Position numbers and translations under genes: made by a program. Shown here piece by piece: positions 9,944 through 19,979 of a DNA stretch of 64,000 nt (the stretch's first letter is position 1; the number at the start of each line of letters is the position of its first letter). This stretch comes from an uncultured bacterium (GTDB taxonomy: Bacteria; Desulfobacterota_D; UBA1144; Nemesobacterales; UBA2774). The DNA lies in contig CAVPJU010000010.1 in assembly GCA_963705505.1 (NCBI GenBank), positions 672,001-736,000 on the forward strand. The letters run 5' to 3'. Under the pieces are notes generated by a model. The model was not told the DNA's origin and did no database searches. It was given only the letters and a program-made list of their open reading frames with translations.

Positions 9944-10607
9944 CGACGATTTTCCCATCGGAAAGCCTTATTCTCCTATGCAGCCGCCTGGCAATTTCCT
10001 GATTGTGCGTAACCAATACCGATGTAATTCCATGTTCCTCGTTGAGCATTAAAAACAAGTCGAGAATAGATGCCCCCGTATCCAGGTCCAGGTTCCCGGT
10101 CGGCTCATCGGCCAGGATCACCTTGGGTTTCAGAACCACCGCCCTCGCGATCGCGACCCTTTGCTGCTCTCCCCCCGACAACTCCCCCGGCCGGTGTTCG
10201 AGCCTGTGCTCCAGGCCCACCTTCGTAAGGACATCGCTCGCCGTCTCTTTCGCCTGGCCGGAGCCGATACCGTTAATAAGACACGGCATCATCACGTTCT
10301 CCAAGGCGCTGAACTCGGGCAGGAGATAGTGAAACTGGAACACGAAACCTATCTCCCTGTTCCTGAAGGCCGCAAGCTCGCTGTCGTTCTGTTTGAATAT
10401 GTTGACGTCCCCGTAACAGACCTCTCCGTCCGTCGGCTTTTCCAGCGTTCCCAGTATATGTAAAAGAGTACTTTTCCCCGACCCTGAAACACCGACGACA
10501 CCGAGTGTTTCACCGCCGGATATGTCAAGATCAATACCCTTTAGAGCCTCTACTTTGCCACCCTTTGTTTCAAACACCTTCCATAAACCTCGTACTCGAA
10601 TCTCCAT
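9933..10607 (-). CDS. lolD: Lipoprotein-releasing ABC ATPase LolD
   Basis: GSGKST, GFVFQFHYLLPEF, LSGGEQQR, DEPTGNLD. Confidence 0.93.
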   Translation of the reverse strand: MEIRVRGLWKVFETKGGKVEALKGIDLDISGGETLGVVGVSGSGKSTLLHILGTLEKPTDGEVCYGDVNIFKQNDSELAAFRNREIGFVFQFHYLLPEFSALENVMMPCLINGIGSGQAKETASDVLTKVGLEHRLEHRPGELSGGEQQRVAIARAVVLKPKVILADEPTGNLDLDTGASILDLFLMLNEEHGITSVLVTHNQEIARRLHRRIRLSDGKIVDVN

Positions 10608-10610
10608 TCC

Positions 10611-11921
10611 TCACTCATACCTCAGAGCCTCAATCGGATCTTTTCGAGACGCTTGAAATGACGGATACAGAGTTGCAATAAAACATATCAATATGCTGCA
10701 AAACGCGATCATTAAAAAATAAAACGGTTCAATTTTAACTGGAAACTCAGAAATAGGATAGACATTATTATCAAATGGAATCAGTTTCCTTATCGTTTCG
10801 CTCGTTTTGAGCATATAACAGATGCCGAAACCCGAGAGGCTCCCCAGTAAAGTCCCGACGATTCCGATTATCATCCCGTCTATAACAAAAATCTTCAGTA
10901 TGCCCTGTTTGGTCGCCCCCATAGCGCGGAGTATCGCGATGTCTTTCCCCTTCTCCATAACGACCATGGTCAGCGCGCTTACAATATCGAGCGCCGCGAC
11001 GAGGATAATCAGACCGAGAAAGATGGCTATCGCTACCCTCTCCAGTCTGAGCGCCTTGAAAAGGCTCTTATTGACCTCTTCCCAGTTCCTCGAGTAATAA
11101 GGGAATCCGAGTATCGACGCAAGCTCACTCCCGATCCTCTTCGCATCGTAAATATCCCTGATTTTCACCTCCACCCCGGAGACCTCGCCGTTCATGTCGA
11201 AGAAGTCCATCGCGTCCTTCAGATCGACATACGAAATCGACGAATCGTACTCGATCATACCGTAATCGAATATGCCGACCACTTCAAATTTCTTTACCTT
11301 GGCCGTAGCGCCGAACGGCCCCATCTTTCCGAACGGGGACACGAGGCTCACAAGATCCCCCTCCATGACTCCGAGGGTGCTCGCGAGCTCTTTTCCGAGC
11401 AGTATCGGAGGTTTCCCCGACTCGGTTGAGGAATTGAGTTTGCGGAGCACTTCTTTGCCGGCTTTCGAGAGCTGCTCGTCGGAGAATTTCTCCTTATTTT
11501 TCTTGCCCGCTCCTAAAACCCCCCGTCCTATAGCCTGCTCGATATTCGTAACCGAGCCCGCCGAGCTCGGGTCTATGCCCCGGACTACGGAGCCCGACAC
11601 GTTCCTCTCGCTCGCAATCATCCCCTGTCCGTAAATAAACGGGCTTGCCCCGATGACACCGGGGAACTCGAGCGTATCGTCTTTTATTTTGGAAAAATCC
11701 TTCATCGGCCCGTCGTAGCTCAATATCACTATGTGGGAGCTGACGCCCAGTATTTTCTCCCTGAGCTCCTCTTCGAACCCCCCCATGACAGAAAGGACGA
11801 CGTTAAGAGCCATCACCCCTATTATCACTCCGAGCACTGAAATCAGCCCTATTATAGAGGTAAACTTCTGTCTCCTTCTGGAACTCAGGTACCTGAGCCC
11901 TATAAAAAATTCGTATTTCAT
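10611..11921 (-). CDS. lolE: Lipoprotein-releasing ABC permease LolC/E family
   Basis: [33 protein letters not shown]. Confidence 0.9.
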   Translation of the reverse strand: MKYEFFIGLRYLSSRRRQKFTSIIGLISVLGVIIGVMALNVVLSVMGGFEEELREKILGVSSHIVILSYDGPMKDFSKIKDDTLEFPGVIGASPFIYGQGMIASERNVSGSVVRGIDPSSAGSVTNIEQAIGRGVLGAGKKNKEKFSDEQLSKAGKEVLRKLNSSTESGKPPILLGKELASTLGVMEGDLVSLVSPFGKMGPFGATAKVKKFEVVGIFDYGMIEYDSSISYVDLKDAMDFFDMNGEVSGVEVKIRDIYDAKRIGSELASILGFPYYSRNWEEVNKSLFKALRLERVAIAIFLGLIILVAALDIVSALTMVVMEKGKDIAILRAMGATKQGILKIFVIDGMIIGIVGTLLGSLSGFGICYMLKTSETIRKLIPFDNNVYPISEFPVKIEPFYFLMIAFCSILICFIATLYPSFQASRKDPIEALRYE

Positions 11922-13381
11922 TCCGGCCTTAAATGGGGGAAGAAAATAACTTCCCTTATGGAGGGTGAGTTTGTAAAAAGCATTACAAGACGGTCAATCC
12001 CTATACCTGCGCCGGCGGTCGGGGGCATCCCGTGTTCAAGCGCCCTGACGAAATCCTCATCCATTTCATGCACTTCTTCCTCCCCCTTCAATTTCAGATC
12101 GAGCTGGCTGCGGAACCTGTCCTCCTGGTCGATGGGGTCATTCAGCTCGGAGAAGGCGTTTGCGATCTCCCTGCCGAAGATATACAGCTCGAACCTGTCC
12201 GTAATCTCGGGATCGTTTTCGTTCTTCCTCGCAAGCGGTGAGACGTCGAGCGGAAACCCGTATACGAAAGTGGGATTCATAAGCTCGTCCCCGGTTAATA
12301 TCTCAAAGATTTCGACGACAGCCTTGCCCCGTATTCTTTTATGATCCACTCCGAGCGAATCCGCTTTTTCAAAAAGCTTGCCGTCATCGGATAAGACTTC
12401 GTTTCCGAGGGCATGCCCGAGGGACTCGAATATGTTGATCCTCTTCCAGGGACGGGTCATGTTTATCTCGGTACCGCCGTAATCGAATACGAGAGAGCCC
12501 TTTATTTCGAGCGCCAGATAGCATATCAGCTCCTCGATCAGGTCCATCAGGTCCTCATACGTGGCATAGGACCGATAGAGCTCTATCATCGTGAATTCCG
12601 GGTTGTGCTGAGTCGAAACCCCTTCGTTCCTGAAAGTCCTTCCGATCTCGTAGACCCTTTCGATCCCGCCTATTACGAGCCGTTTAAGGTAGAGCTCGGG
12701 CGCTATCCTCAAAAACAAATTCATGTCGAGCGCATTGTGGTGTGTTTCGAAAGGGCGCGCCGCCGCTCCCCCCGCAATGGGATGGAGGATAGGTGTTTCC
12801 ACTTCGACAAAATCCCTCTCGTCGAGGAACTTTCTTATGAGCTTGATAATTTTGCTTCTCGTGAGAAATATTTCTTTTACGTCCGGGTTCGAAATGAGGT
12901 CGAGGTAGCGCTGACGGTACCTTGCTTCCACATCCTTGAGCCCGTGCCACTTCTCGGGGAGGGGGTGGAGCGTCTTTGTGAGGAGCGTGAACTCCCCGAC
13001 ATTGACCGTGAGCTCGCCCGTTCTCGTCTTGAACAGGCTCCCGCTTATACCTATGATATCGCCGAGATCAATGTACCTTTTAAAAAATTTGAGTTTGTCT
13101 TCCCCGACGACGTCGGTCTTCAGATACCCCTGTATCTTCCCCGACCTGTCCGCGATATGGAAAAAAACGCTTTTCCCGAAATCCCTCAGAGCCACCACAC
13201 GGCCTGCAAGGGAGAACTCCTCATTCAGGCTTTCGAGTTCATTCGGAGGAGTCTCTCCGAATTTTGACAAAAGCTCGCTTGCCAGGTGACCGGGCTTATA
13301 GCCGTTTGCAAAGGGATTAATGCCTAATGCTCTTAATTCATTCAGCTTTTCTTTTCTCTGTTCGAACTGTTCGTTATCCAT
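11918..13381 (-). CDS. lysS: Lysyl-tRNA synthetase, class II
   Basis: [43 protein letters not shown]. Confidence 0.98.
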   Translation of the reverse strand: MDNEQFEQRKEKLNELRALGINPFANGYKPGHLASELLSKFGETPPNELESLNEEFSLAGRVVALRDFGKSVFFHIADRSGKIQGYLKTDVVGEDKLKFFKRYIDLGDIIGISGSLFKTRTGELTVNVGEFTLLTKTLHPLPEKWHGLKDVEARYRQRYLDLISNPDVKEIFLTRSKIIKLIRKFLDERDFVEVETPILHPIAGGAAARPFETHHNALDMNLFLRIAPELYLKRLVIGGIERVYEIGRTFRNEGVSTQHNPEFTMIELYRSYATYEDLMDLIEELICYLALEIKGSLVFDYGGTEINMTRPWKRINIFESLGHALGNEVLSDDGKLFEKADSLGVDHKRIRGKAVVEIFEILTGDELMNPTFVYGFPLDVSPLARKNENDPEITDRFELYIFGREIANAFSELNDPIDQEDRFRSQLDLKLKGEEEVHEMDEDFVRALEHGMPPTAGAGIGIDRLVMLFTNSPSIREVIFFPHLRPE

Positions 13382-13471
13382 GTTTAAAGTTAAAGTTTCT
13401 ACCCCAAAAGGACGGTATCGTCAAGCCGATGAATCTTGAATGTGATAACAGAAAAAGGTCCCGGGAACTGT

Positions 13472-13882
13472 TCAGTCCTTCTTATCGTCAACAATAATAT
13501 ACGTGGCGATAGCCTTGGCAACAAGTTTATTTTCATTGATAATATCGACCTCGGCGGGGACAATCCTGCCCTCCCTCAAAGCCTTGGCGTGAGCCTCGAT
13601 AACGCCTCCCGTTACGGGGCTCAGGTAGCTTATGTTCATATTGACCGTCATGAACTTCTTGCTTTTGTCCCTGACCATTCCCGCAATAGCGACAGCGGCC
13701 GCGGAGTCGGCGAGAGTGGACAATACACCACCGTGCGTATATCCGTAGGGGTTGGTCAGATTCTCGTCCGCGCGTATCGTGAGCTTGCCGTATCCCGCTC
13801 TCATTTCCACAATTTCGATTCCGAGGAATTCCCAGAACGGAACGACGGGGAATTCCCCTTTCATATCTTTTTCCCGAGCCAT
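13472..13882 (-). CDS. PaaI-family hot-dog thioesterase
   Basis: NPYG..HGG...TLAD motif. Confidence 0.88.
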   Translation of the reverse strand: MAREKDMKGEFPVVPFWEFLGIEIVEMRAGYGKLTIRADENLTNPYGYTHGGVLSTLADSAAAVAIAGMVRDKSKKFMTVNMNISYLSPVTGGVIEAHAKALREGRIVPAEVDIINENKLVAKAIATYIIVDDKKD

Positions 13883-13937
13883 TGTATGCCTCCGTCGAGC
13901 TGTCGATATATCTTACCTGACACAGAAGTGTCGCTGT

Positions 13938-15149
13938 TTACGGTGAAGACCATGCCCCCTTTGCCGCTTCCTTTCCGAATAAAGCGAACAGGAGGAAACC
14001 GATTACGCATACGGCTCCGGCAATTTCAAACATCAGGCTGAAGCCCCACACCTCGGCGACCACTCCGTAAATAAACACCCCGAGCATCCCTCCGAACGTA
14101 AACGCGACGCTGCATATCGAGACCGCTTTTCCCCTGTCGGCCTCCGGCGAAAGATCTATGACGAGCGCATAGATCGCGGGGTAGAAAAGGCCGTGACCCA
14201 ATCCGAAAAATACGCCCGCCAGCACCAGGCCCTCCGGGCCCGAGGCAAAACTAAGAGCGATTATGCTGAAAGAGAAAAGGAAAAGCGCCGGAATCGAAGA
14301 CCTTTTTTTGCCGAACTTGTCTGGGATCCACCCGCCGAAAATCCTCACCGCGAGTATGGCGGCTGTGTATGTTATAAAAAAAAGCTCGAAAGAACGCACC
14401 CCTATGCGTCCTGCGAAAACAGGCACGAACGTGATGACCGTAACGAAGCCTGTTCCCGCGACCAGCAGCGCGAACGCGGCACTAAAAACCCCTTTCCTGA
14501 GAAGAGCCGCCTTATAGGTGCCGCCCTTTAATCCGTCCGATAAAAGCAGCTTCGGCTCCTTTATAAAGAGCGCGGCGATAAAAGCAGAGGACCCGAATAT
14601 GAAATCGAAAATGAATAAATCGCCGAACCCGTAAGCCTCCACGATCTTTTTCCCGACAAACGGCGCAAGGGCGAAGTTTATGACGCTGAACATTCCGAAT
14701 ACGCCTATCGCCTGGCTTCTCTTTCCGGGGGAGGAAACATCCGCGATGAGAGTCCCCGCCGATACGAAACAGAGGGACAGCGCTGCCCCGTGGAGTACCC
14801 TTAAAAGCGGAAAAGCCGGGCTCAATGTGTGAAGATAGGCGAACGGGAGGGAAGTAACCGACATGAGGAGTCCTCCCGCAAGCAAAAACCACTTCTTACC
14901 CCACTTGTCGATCAGGATACCTACTGAGGGGGTTGTAAGGATCGTAGCCATCGAAGCAGAGCCCATTATGAAACCGATAGCAGACTCGCTTCCACCGAGC
15001 GACTCTATGCGCAGCGGCAACAAAATGAAGGAGTGGTAATTGAAGAAGAAAATGAAAGAAGTGAGCGTGATTAAAATGAAATCCCTGTTGAGAAGAGGCC
15101 TGTCACTCTGCCACTCCCGATCGTTCGTGTCCCTTACCGAGGTCTTCAT
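13938..15149 (-). CDS. MFS transporter
   Basis: About 12 hydrophobic segments; G...DKWGKK and G..PDKFGKK loop motifs. Confidence 0.9.
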   Translation of the reverse strand: MKTSVRDTNDREWQSDRPLLNRDFILITLTSFIFFFNYHSFILLPLRIESLGGSESAIGFIMGSASMATILTTPSVGILIDKWGKKWFLLAGGLLMSVTSLPFAYLHTLSPAFPLLRVLHGAALSLCFVSAGTLIADVSSPGKRSQAIGVFGMFSVINFALAPFVGKKIVEAYGFGDLFIFDFIFGSSAFIAALFIKEPKLLLSDGLKGGTYKAALLRKGVFSAAFALLVAGTGFVTVITFVPVFAGRIGVRSFELFFITYTAAILAVRIFGGWIPDKFGKKRSSIPALFLFSFSIIALSFASGPEGLVLAGVFFGLGHGLFYPAIYALVIDLSPEADRGKAVSICSVAFTFGGMLGVFIYGVVAEVWGFSLMFEIAGAVCVIGFLLFALFGKEAAKGAWSSP

Positions 15150-15275
15150 AATATTCTCCGGCCGAAGATTATCTTATACCACAAAATTAATAAGAAAAAT
15201 TCTTATTCCTCAGGTTATACTTCTACAAAGAGGGGATGAGCGAAACGATTTTAGAAGATCAAAAAGGGGAAGATT

Positions 15276-15776
15276 ATGGTTAGAAACACTTTTATTATAA
15301 TCCTGGCGGTGCTCCTGTCTATCTCCTCCTACCTGCTTTATACAAATAAAAACATATCGATTAATCTCGGCGGCACGGAATCCGACTGTGAAGCGGTTGC
15401 CCCGGGCGGGGGACAAGATGACCGGGCGTTATCGGAGCTCCCTGAGAAAGAGATTGCGGAATCCGTACAAGCGAAAAAAACTCCTGAAGAAGTGAATCGG
15501 GAAGCGGTCGAGCAGGTGGACTCGGACGAGCCCCAAATTCATCTCGACCCTACTGTCGGGATGACCATAAGCCCCGAGCAGCAGATCGTATCGAGCTACA
15601 AGATCATAGGGCCGAGAAAGTTCTCGCTTCTAACGGACAAGGATGAAACGATGGTCGAGATCGACCTCGATACGGGGCGCGTAAAAATAAATCCCAAGTA
15701 TAAAGTCGATGAAGTCACTACGCAGTTCTGGAAGTCGATCGGTCAGAAATATCCTGAAGTCTGCTCCGCCGAATAG
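15276..15776 (+). CDS. Hypothetical membrane-anchored/exported protein
   Basis: N-terminal hydrophobic helix, acidic linker, purine-rich RBS; no family recognised. Confidence 0.7.
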   Translation: MVRNTFIIILAVLLSISSYLLYTNKNISINLGGTESDCEAVAPGGGQDDRALSELPEKEIAESVQAKKTPEEVNREAVEQVDSDEPQIHLDPTVGMTISPEQQIVSSYKIIGPRKFSLLTDKDETMVEIDLDTGRVKINPKYKVDEVTTQFWKSIGQKYPEVCSAE

Positions 15777-15794
15777 CGGAATTTACGAGGAAAA

Positions 15795-17078
15795 CTAAGC
15801 CGAATAAACGATTTTGCCGTTTACGATCGTGTATAAGACGGCCCCTTTAAGCTCCCAGCCGTTAAAAGGCGTATTCTTGCTTTTCGAGCGGAATTTCTCC
15901 CTGTCGATCTTGACCCTTTTCTCAGGGTCGAATATCACGATATCAGCAGGATCGCCCGGATTAAGTGTGCCCTTTCGTATATTGACTATTGCCGATGGCA
16001 GATGAGTGAGCTTGGCGATCATCCCGCTTAACGTGAGGACGCCGTCCTCGACCAGCTTTAATGAAAGCGGAAGCGCTGTCTCGAGTCCCGCTATGCCGAA
16101 TGGAGCGAGGTCGAACTCCACCATTTTTTCATCCTCGCTGTGAGGGGCATGGTCAGTAGCTATTGCGTCTATCGTGCCGTCCCTGAGCCCTTCCCTGACC
16201 GCTTCCCTGTCGATTTCGCTTCTCAACGGCGGCTTCATTTTCGCGTTCGTATCGTATTGGGCTACGGCCCTGTCAGTAAGCGTGAAATGATGGGGAGTCG
16301 CTTCGGCGGTCACGTTCACTCCCCTAGCTTTCGCCGCCCTGATGAGCCTGACCGACCCCGCTGTCGATACGTGACATATGTGGAGATGAGTCCCTGTCAG
16401 CTCGGCGAGTGTTATATCGCGGGATACCATCACATCCTCGGACGCCGCGGGGATGCCGCTAAGCCCCAGGAGCGTCGACGTATCCCCTTCGTTCATAACT
16501 CCGTTGCCCGAGAGGTGAAGGTCCTCGGAATGCGATATCACGGGAATCCCGAATGCCTTTACATATTCCATCGCATGGCGCATGACTTTGGAATTCATCA
16601 CGGGCATGCCGTCGTCCGTTACTCCGACGCACCCTGCTTCATACATCTCCCCGATCTGGGCGAGGGTCTCCCCGTTCTCTCCCTTGGTTATGGCGCCGAG
16701 GGGGAATACGTTCACTATGCCCTCGGTCCGAGCCTTGAGCATTATGTATTCGGTCACGGATGCGTTATCGTTTATGGGGTTGGTGTTGGGCATGCAGACG
16801 ATGGAAGTGAAGCCGCCCGCCGCCGCGGATTCGCACCCCGTGCGTATAGTCTCTTTATGCTCAAAGCCTGGCTCTCTCAGATGAACGTGCAGATCGACGA
16901 GACCCGGAGAAACTATCTTGCCGCCCGCGTCGATTACTTTAATGGCGGAATCCTTTTCGAGCTTTTTAGTATCCTCGGGGTAGGACTTTATCGTGCCTTT
17001 TTCTACGAGGACATTCCCGACCTTATCGAAGTTCCTCGAGGGGTCTATTATCCTGCCCCCCTTGATCAATATGCTCAT
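15795..17078 (-). CDS. pyrC: Dihydroorotase (type I)
   Basis: [29 protein letters not shown]. Confidence 0.95.
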   Translation of the reverse strand: MSILIKGGRIIDPSRNFDKVGNVLVEKGTIKSYPEDTKKLEKDSAIKVIDAGGKIVSPGLVDLHVHLREPGFEHKETIRTGCESAAAGGFTSIVCMPNTNPINDNASVTEYIMLKARTEGIVNVFPLGAITKGENGETLAQIGEMYEAGCVGVTDDGMPVMNSKVMRHAMEYVKAFGIPVISHSEDLHLSGNGVMNEGDTSTLLGLSGIPAASEDVMVSRDITLAELTGTHLHICHVSTAGSVRLIRAAKARGVNVTAEATPHHFTLTDRAVAQYDTNAKMKPPLRSEIDREAVREGLRDGTIDAIATDHAPHSEDEKMVEFDLAPFGIAGLETALPLSLKLVEDGVLTLSGMIAKLTHLPSAIVNIRKGTLNPGDPADIVIFDPEKRVKIDREKFRSKSKNTPFNGWELKGAVLYTIVNGKIVYSA

Positions 17079-18004
17079 CCGCTGCTCCTGGCGGAGGCGA
17101 CCAGATAAAACATCGCCATCCTGACGGCTATACCGTTAGACACCTGCTCGAGAATGACCGAGCCGGGCCCGTCCGCTATATCGGAAGACAACTCGACCCC
17201 CCTGTTTATCGGCCCCGGGTGCATGACGGTAACATTTTTGTCGGCTCCTTTTAATTTTTCCCTGGTGAGCCCGTAAAACCTCGAGTATTCCCTGAGCGAG
17301 GGAAAGTACTCCGAGTCCTGCCTTTCTTTCTGAATCCGAAGCATAATCACGACATCCGCGCCCTCTACAGCTTTATCCAGGCTATAAAACGATTTCACAC
17401 CGAAGTTTTCTATATATTTCGGCACGAGCGTCGGAGGTCCGACTACCCTTACTTCGGCTCCGAGCTTCATAAACCCCCAGATATTCGACCTCGCCACCCG
17501 GCTGTGGAGTATATCGCCTACTATCACTACCCTGAGTCCTTCTATCCTTCTCTTAAGCTGCCTTATCGTGAAGAGGTCGAGGAGAGCCTGGCTCGGATGC
17601 TCGTGAGAGCCGTCCCCGGCGTTTATTATCGAAGAGTCGAGCTTCTTCGCGAGCAGCCACGGCGCGCCCGACATCGGGTGTCGTATGACGATCATGCTCG
17701 CGCCCATAGCTTCAAGGTTCCTGGCCGTATCGAGGAGACTCTCGCCCTTGACGACGCTGCTCTGTGAGGTGGTGAAATTCAGAACGTCCGCGCTCAACCT
17801 TTTCTCGGCTATCTCGAAAGACGACCTCGTCCGAGTGCTCGGCTCAAAGAAGAGATTGCAAACCGTGACGCCCCTTAAGGCAGGGACCTTCTTCACGTCC
17901 CTCTCGGAAACCTCTTTCATGGACTCCGCTGTATCGAGGATGAGTGTAATTTCCTCAGGCGTCAATTCCTCAAGCCCCAGTATGTGTTTTCGCTCAAAAG
18001 CCAT
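17075..18004 (-). CDS. pyrB: Aspartate carbamoyltransferase, catalytic subunit
   Basis: [24 protein letters not shown]. Confidence 0.97.
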   Translation of the reverse strand: MAFERKHILGLEELTPEEITLILDTAESMKEVSERDVKKVPALRGVTVCNLFFEPSTRTRSSFEIAEKRLSADVLNFTTSQSSVVKGESLLDTARNLEAMGASMIVIRHPMSGAPWLLAKKLDSSIINAGDGSHEHPSQALLDLFTIRQLKRRIEGLRVVIVGDILHSRVARSNIWGFMKLGAEVRVVGPPTLVPKYIENFGVKSFYSLDKAVEGADVVIMLRIQKERQDSEYFPSLREYSRFYGLTREKLKGADKNVTVMHPGPINRGVELSSDIADGPGSVILEQVSNGIAVRMAMFYLVASARSSG

Positions 18005-18007
18005 TTT

Positions 18008-18541
18008 TTACTCTTTCACTATAATTACTTCGTCCCTGCCGTCGGCCTCCTTTAAATGGACCCTGACCTCTTCCGTGCTGAGAGTGCTGAGCTTGCTCCC
18101 CACATAATCCGCCTGTATCGGCAGCTCTCTGTGCCCCCTGTCTATGAGCGCCACAAGCTGGATGGAGGAGGGCCTTCCGTAATCCATTATCTCATCTATG
18201 GCTGCCCTTGTAGTACGCCCGGTATAGATCACATCATCCACGAGGATAACCTTCTTATCCTCGACCGGGAAAGGGATTTCCGTTTTTTTAACCTTGGGCC
18301 ATTCCGTCTTTTGTCTGAGGTCGTCTCTGTAGAGCGTTATATCGAGCGTCCCGAGAGGGGGCTTTATCCCCTCGATCTTCTCGATCTCCCCCGCGATCCT
18401 CTCGGCTATATAAACGCCCCTGGTCCTGATCCCTATGATAGCCAGATCCCCTGCGCCGTTGTTCCTTTCGAGTATCTGGTTTACTATTCTGTGGATAGTT
18501 CTGTTTATCGAGTCCGAATCCATTATTGTCTTCTGTGGCAT
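18008..18541 (-). CDS. pyrR: PyrR regulator / uracil phosphoribosyltransferase
   Basis: LDITLYRDDL, VDDVIYTGRT, DRGHRELPI. Confidence 0.96.
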   Translation of the reverse strand: MPQKTIMDSDSINRTIHRIVNQILERNNGAGDLAIIGIRTRGVYIAERIAGEIEKIEGIKPPLGTLDITLYRDDLRQKTEWPKVKKTEIPFPVEDKKVILVDDVIYTGRTTRAAIDEIMDYGRPSSIQLVALIDRGHRELPIQADYVGSKLSTLSTEEVRVHLKEADGRDEVIIVKE

Positions 18542-18552
18542 AGTTGGTCCTG

Positions 18553-18903
18553 TTAATATACGCTCTTAAGGACTCCCTCGCATTCGTATTCGAACTCGAA
18601 ATCCCGGGTGTACCTGTCGAAGAAACTCGCCGAATCGTTATAGGTGATCGTAATAACTATTTTGTCGCCCGACGGGGATATGCTTACCGTGCTCTTCTCT
18701 TTGGGAATCCCGATATCCAGAAGCATCTCGGAAATTCCCGACCGGACATAATTGAACCCGTATTTATGATAAAGGTCGGCGTTCTCATTGCATACACCCC
18801 TGATACCGAAAATTCCGCGGTAATAAATCGGGACTACCTTGAATCCGACATAGAAAATGAGCGCAAGCACCAATATCCAGAAAATAGAAGACAAGCTTTT
18901 CAT
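18553..18903 (-). CDS. Small membrane-anchored protein, DUF4845-like
   Basis: N-terminal TM followed by KVVPIYY; located directly after lepB, as DUF4845 genes usually are; GGAGG SD. Confidence 0.6.
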   Translation of the reverse strand: MKSLSSIFWILVLALIFYVGFKVVPIYYRGIFGIRGVCNENADLYHKYGFNYVRSGISEMLLDIGIPKEKSTVSISPSGDKIVITITYNDSASFFDRYTRDFEFEYECEGVLKSVY

Positions 18904-18946
18904 TTTACTATCCCTCCGTTACCCCATAATAAATCCAAAAAGCCCT

Positions 18947-19882
18947 TTAATCTATACCCGAGAGTATTCTATTCCATCTGACTTTGTTCTGGATATCGGG
19001 ACTGTCGAAATCCCACGACCAGTGTATGAGGAACGCTTTGCCCGCAATATTCTCTACAGGCACGAACCCCCAGAACCTGCTGTCCTGGCTGTTATCCCTG
19101 TTATCCCCCATCACGAAAACGTAGCCTTCCGGGACCACGCTTACAGGAATGAAGCTCCCTTTATTCGTGGATTCCCTTCCCTTTCTGAAAATTGCTGTGT
19201 GTTTATAACCGAAAAGGTCTTCGCCATACTCATCGAACTGCTCCCCGTTCCTCTCATCGACATAAGAGCCGGTAAACTCGAGCGGCACCTTCTGACCGTT
19301 AATGACGAGCTGCCTCCCGTCGAGGTCTATCCTGTCCCCGGGGATGCCCACGACGCGCTTTATGTAATAGATACCGTTCTTGGAAGGGTCGTGCTCGGTA
19401 TTGGGGTACGTGAATACTATTACGTCTCCCCTTTTAATTTTCTCGATAGGAAAGATTACCTTATCTGTAAAAGGTATCTTCGTGCCGTATATGAATTTGT
19501 TGACGAGGAGGTGGTCCCCTACGAGGAGGGTCGGAATCATCGACCCCGAAGGGATTTTAAAAGGCTGGAAGACGAATGTCCTTATGAGAAGGGCAAGGGC
19601 CACGGCGAATACGAGCGCCTCGACATTCTGTCTGAGCTTCGATTTGGCGAACCTGGACAGATAGTCTCTCGAAGCCCCTTCCAGGTCACTCGTTTTTCTG
19701 ATTATGTCTTCCGTATCCCCGCCGGCGAGCGCCATTTCGAGCACGGCGATCCTCTTGTTGATAACCGCCGCGGATTCCGGGCTGATCTTTGAACTATTTT
19801 TATCTAAAAGGGTTTGCGTCTGGGAAATACTTTGTTTAGCTCTATTCCTGGCTTTTGATTCTCTTGACCATAGACCGAACAT
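18947..19882 (-). CDS. lepB: Signal peptidase I with N-terminal helical extension
   Basis: IPSGSMIPTL, YIKRVVG.PGD, MGDNRDNSQDSRFWG. Confidence 0.96.
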   Translation of the reverse strand: MFGLWSRESKARNRAKQSISQTQTLLDKNSSKISPESAAVINKRIAVLEMALAGGDTEDIIRKTSDLEGASRDYLSRFAKSKLRQNVEALVFAVALALLIRTFVFQPFKIPSGSMIPTLLVGDHLLVNKFIYGTKIPFTDKVIFPIEKIKRGDVIVFTYPNTEHDPSKNGIYYIKRVVGIPGDRIDLDGRQLVINGQKVPLEFTGSYVDERNGEQFDEYGEDLFGYKHTAIFRKGRESTNKGSFIPVSVVPEGYVFVMGDNRDNSQDSRFWGFVPVENIAGKAFLIHWSWDFDSPDIQNKVRWNRILSGID

Positions 19883-19894
19883 AATTGACGTGTG

Positions 19895-19923
19895 AGTATA
19901 TATGGTGAATCGGCTTGTTTCAA
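19895..19923 (-). promoter_or_regulatory. Sigma70 promoter of lepB (very short leader)
   Basis: TTGAAA-N17-TATACT, 12 nt upstream of the ATG; no SD. Confidence 0.6.
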
Positions 19924-19979
19924 TATTTAAAGCTGAATGGGGTTCACACCCTGCCTACGTGCCGGATTTGCCCGTCGTT

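Noticed and set aside
19925..19979. Possible 6S RNA or other ncRNA between rel and lepB
   Set aside because: The gap is too short (<100 nt) and largely explained by the lepB promoter
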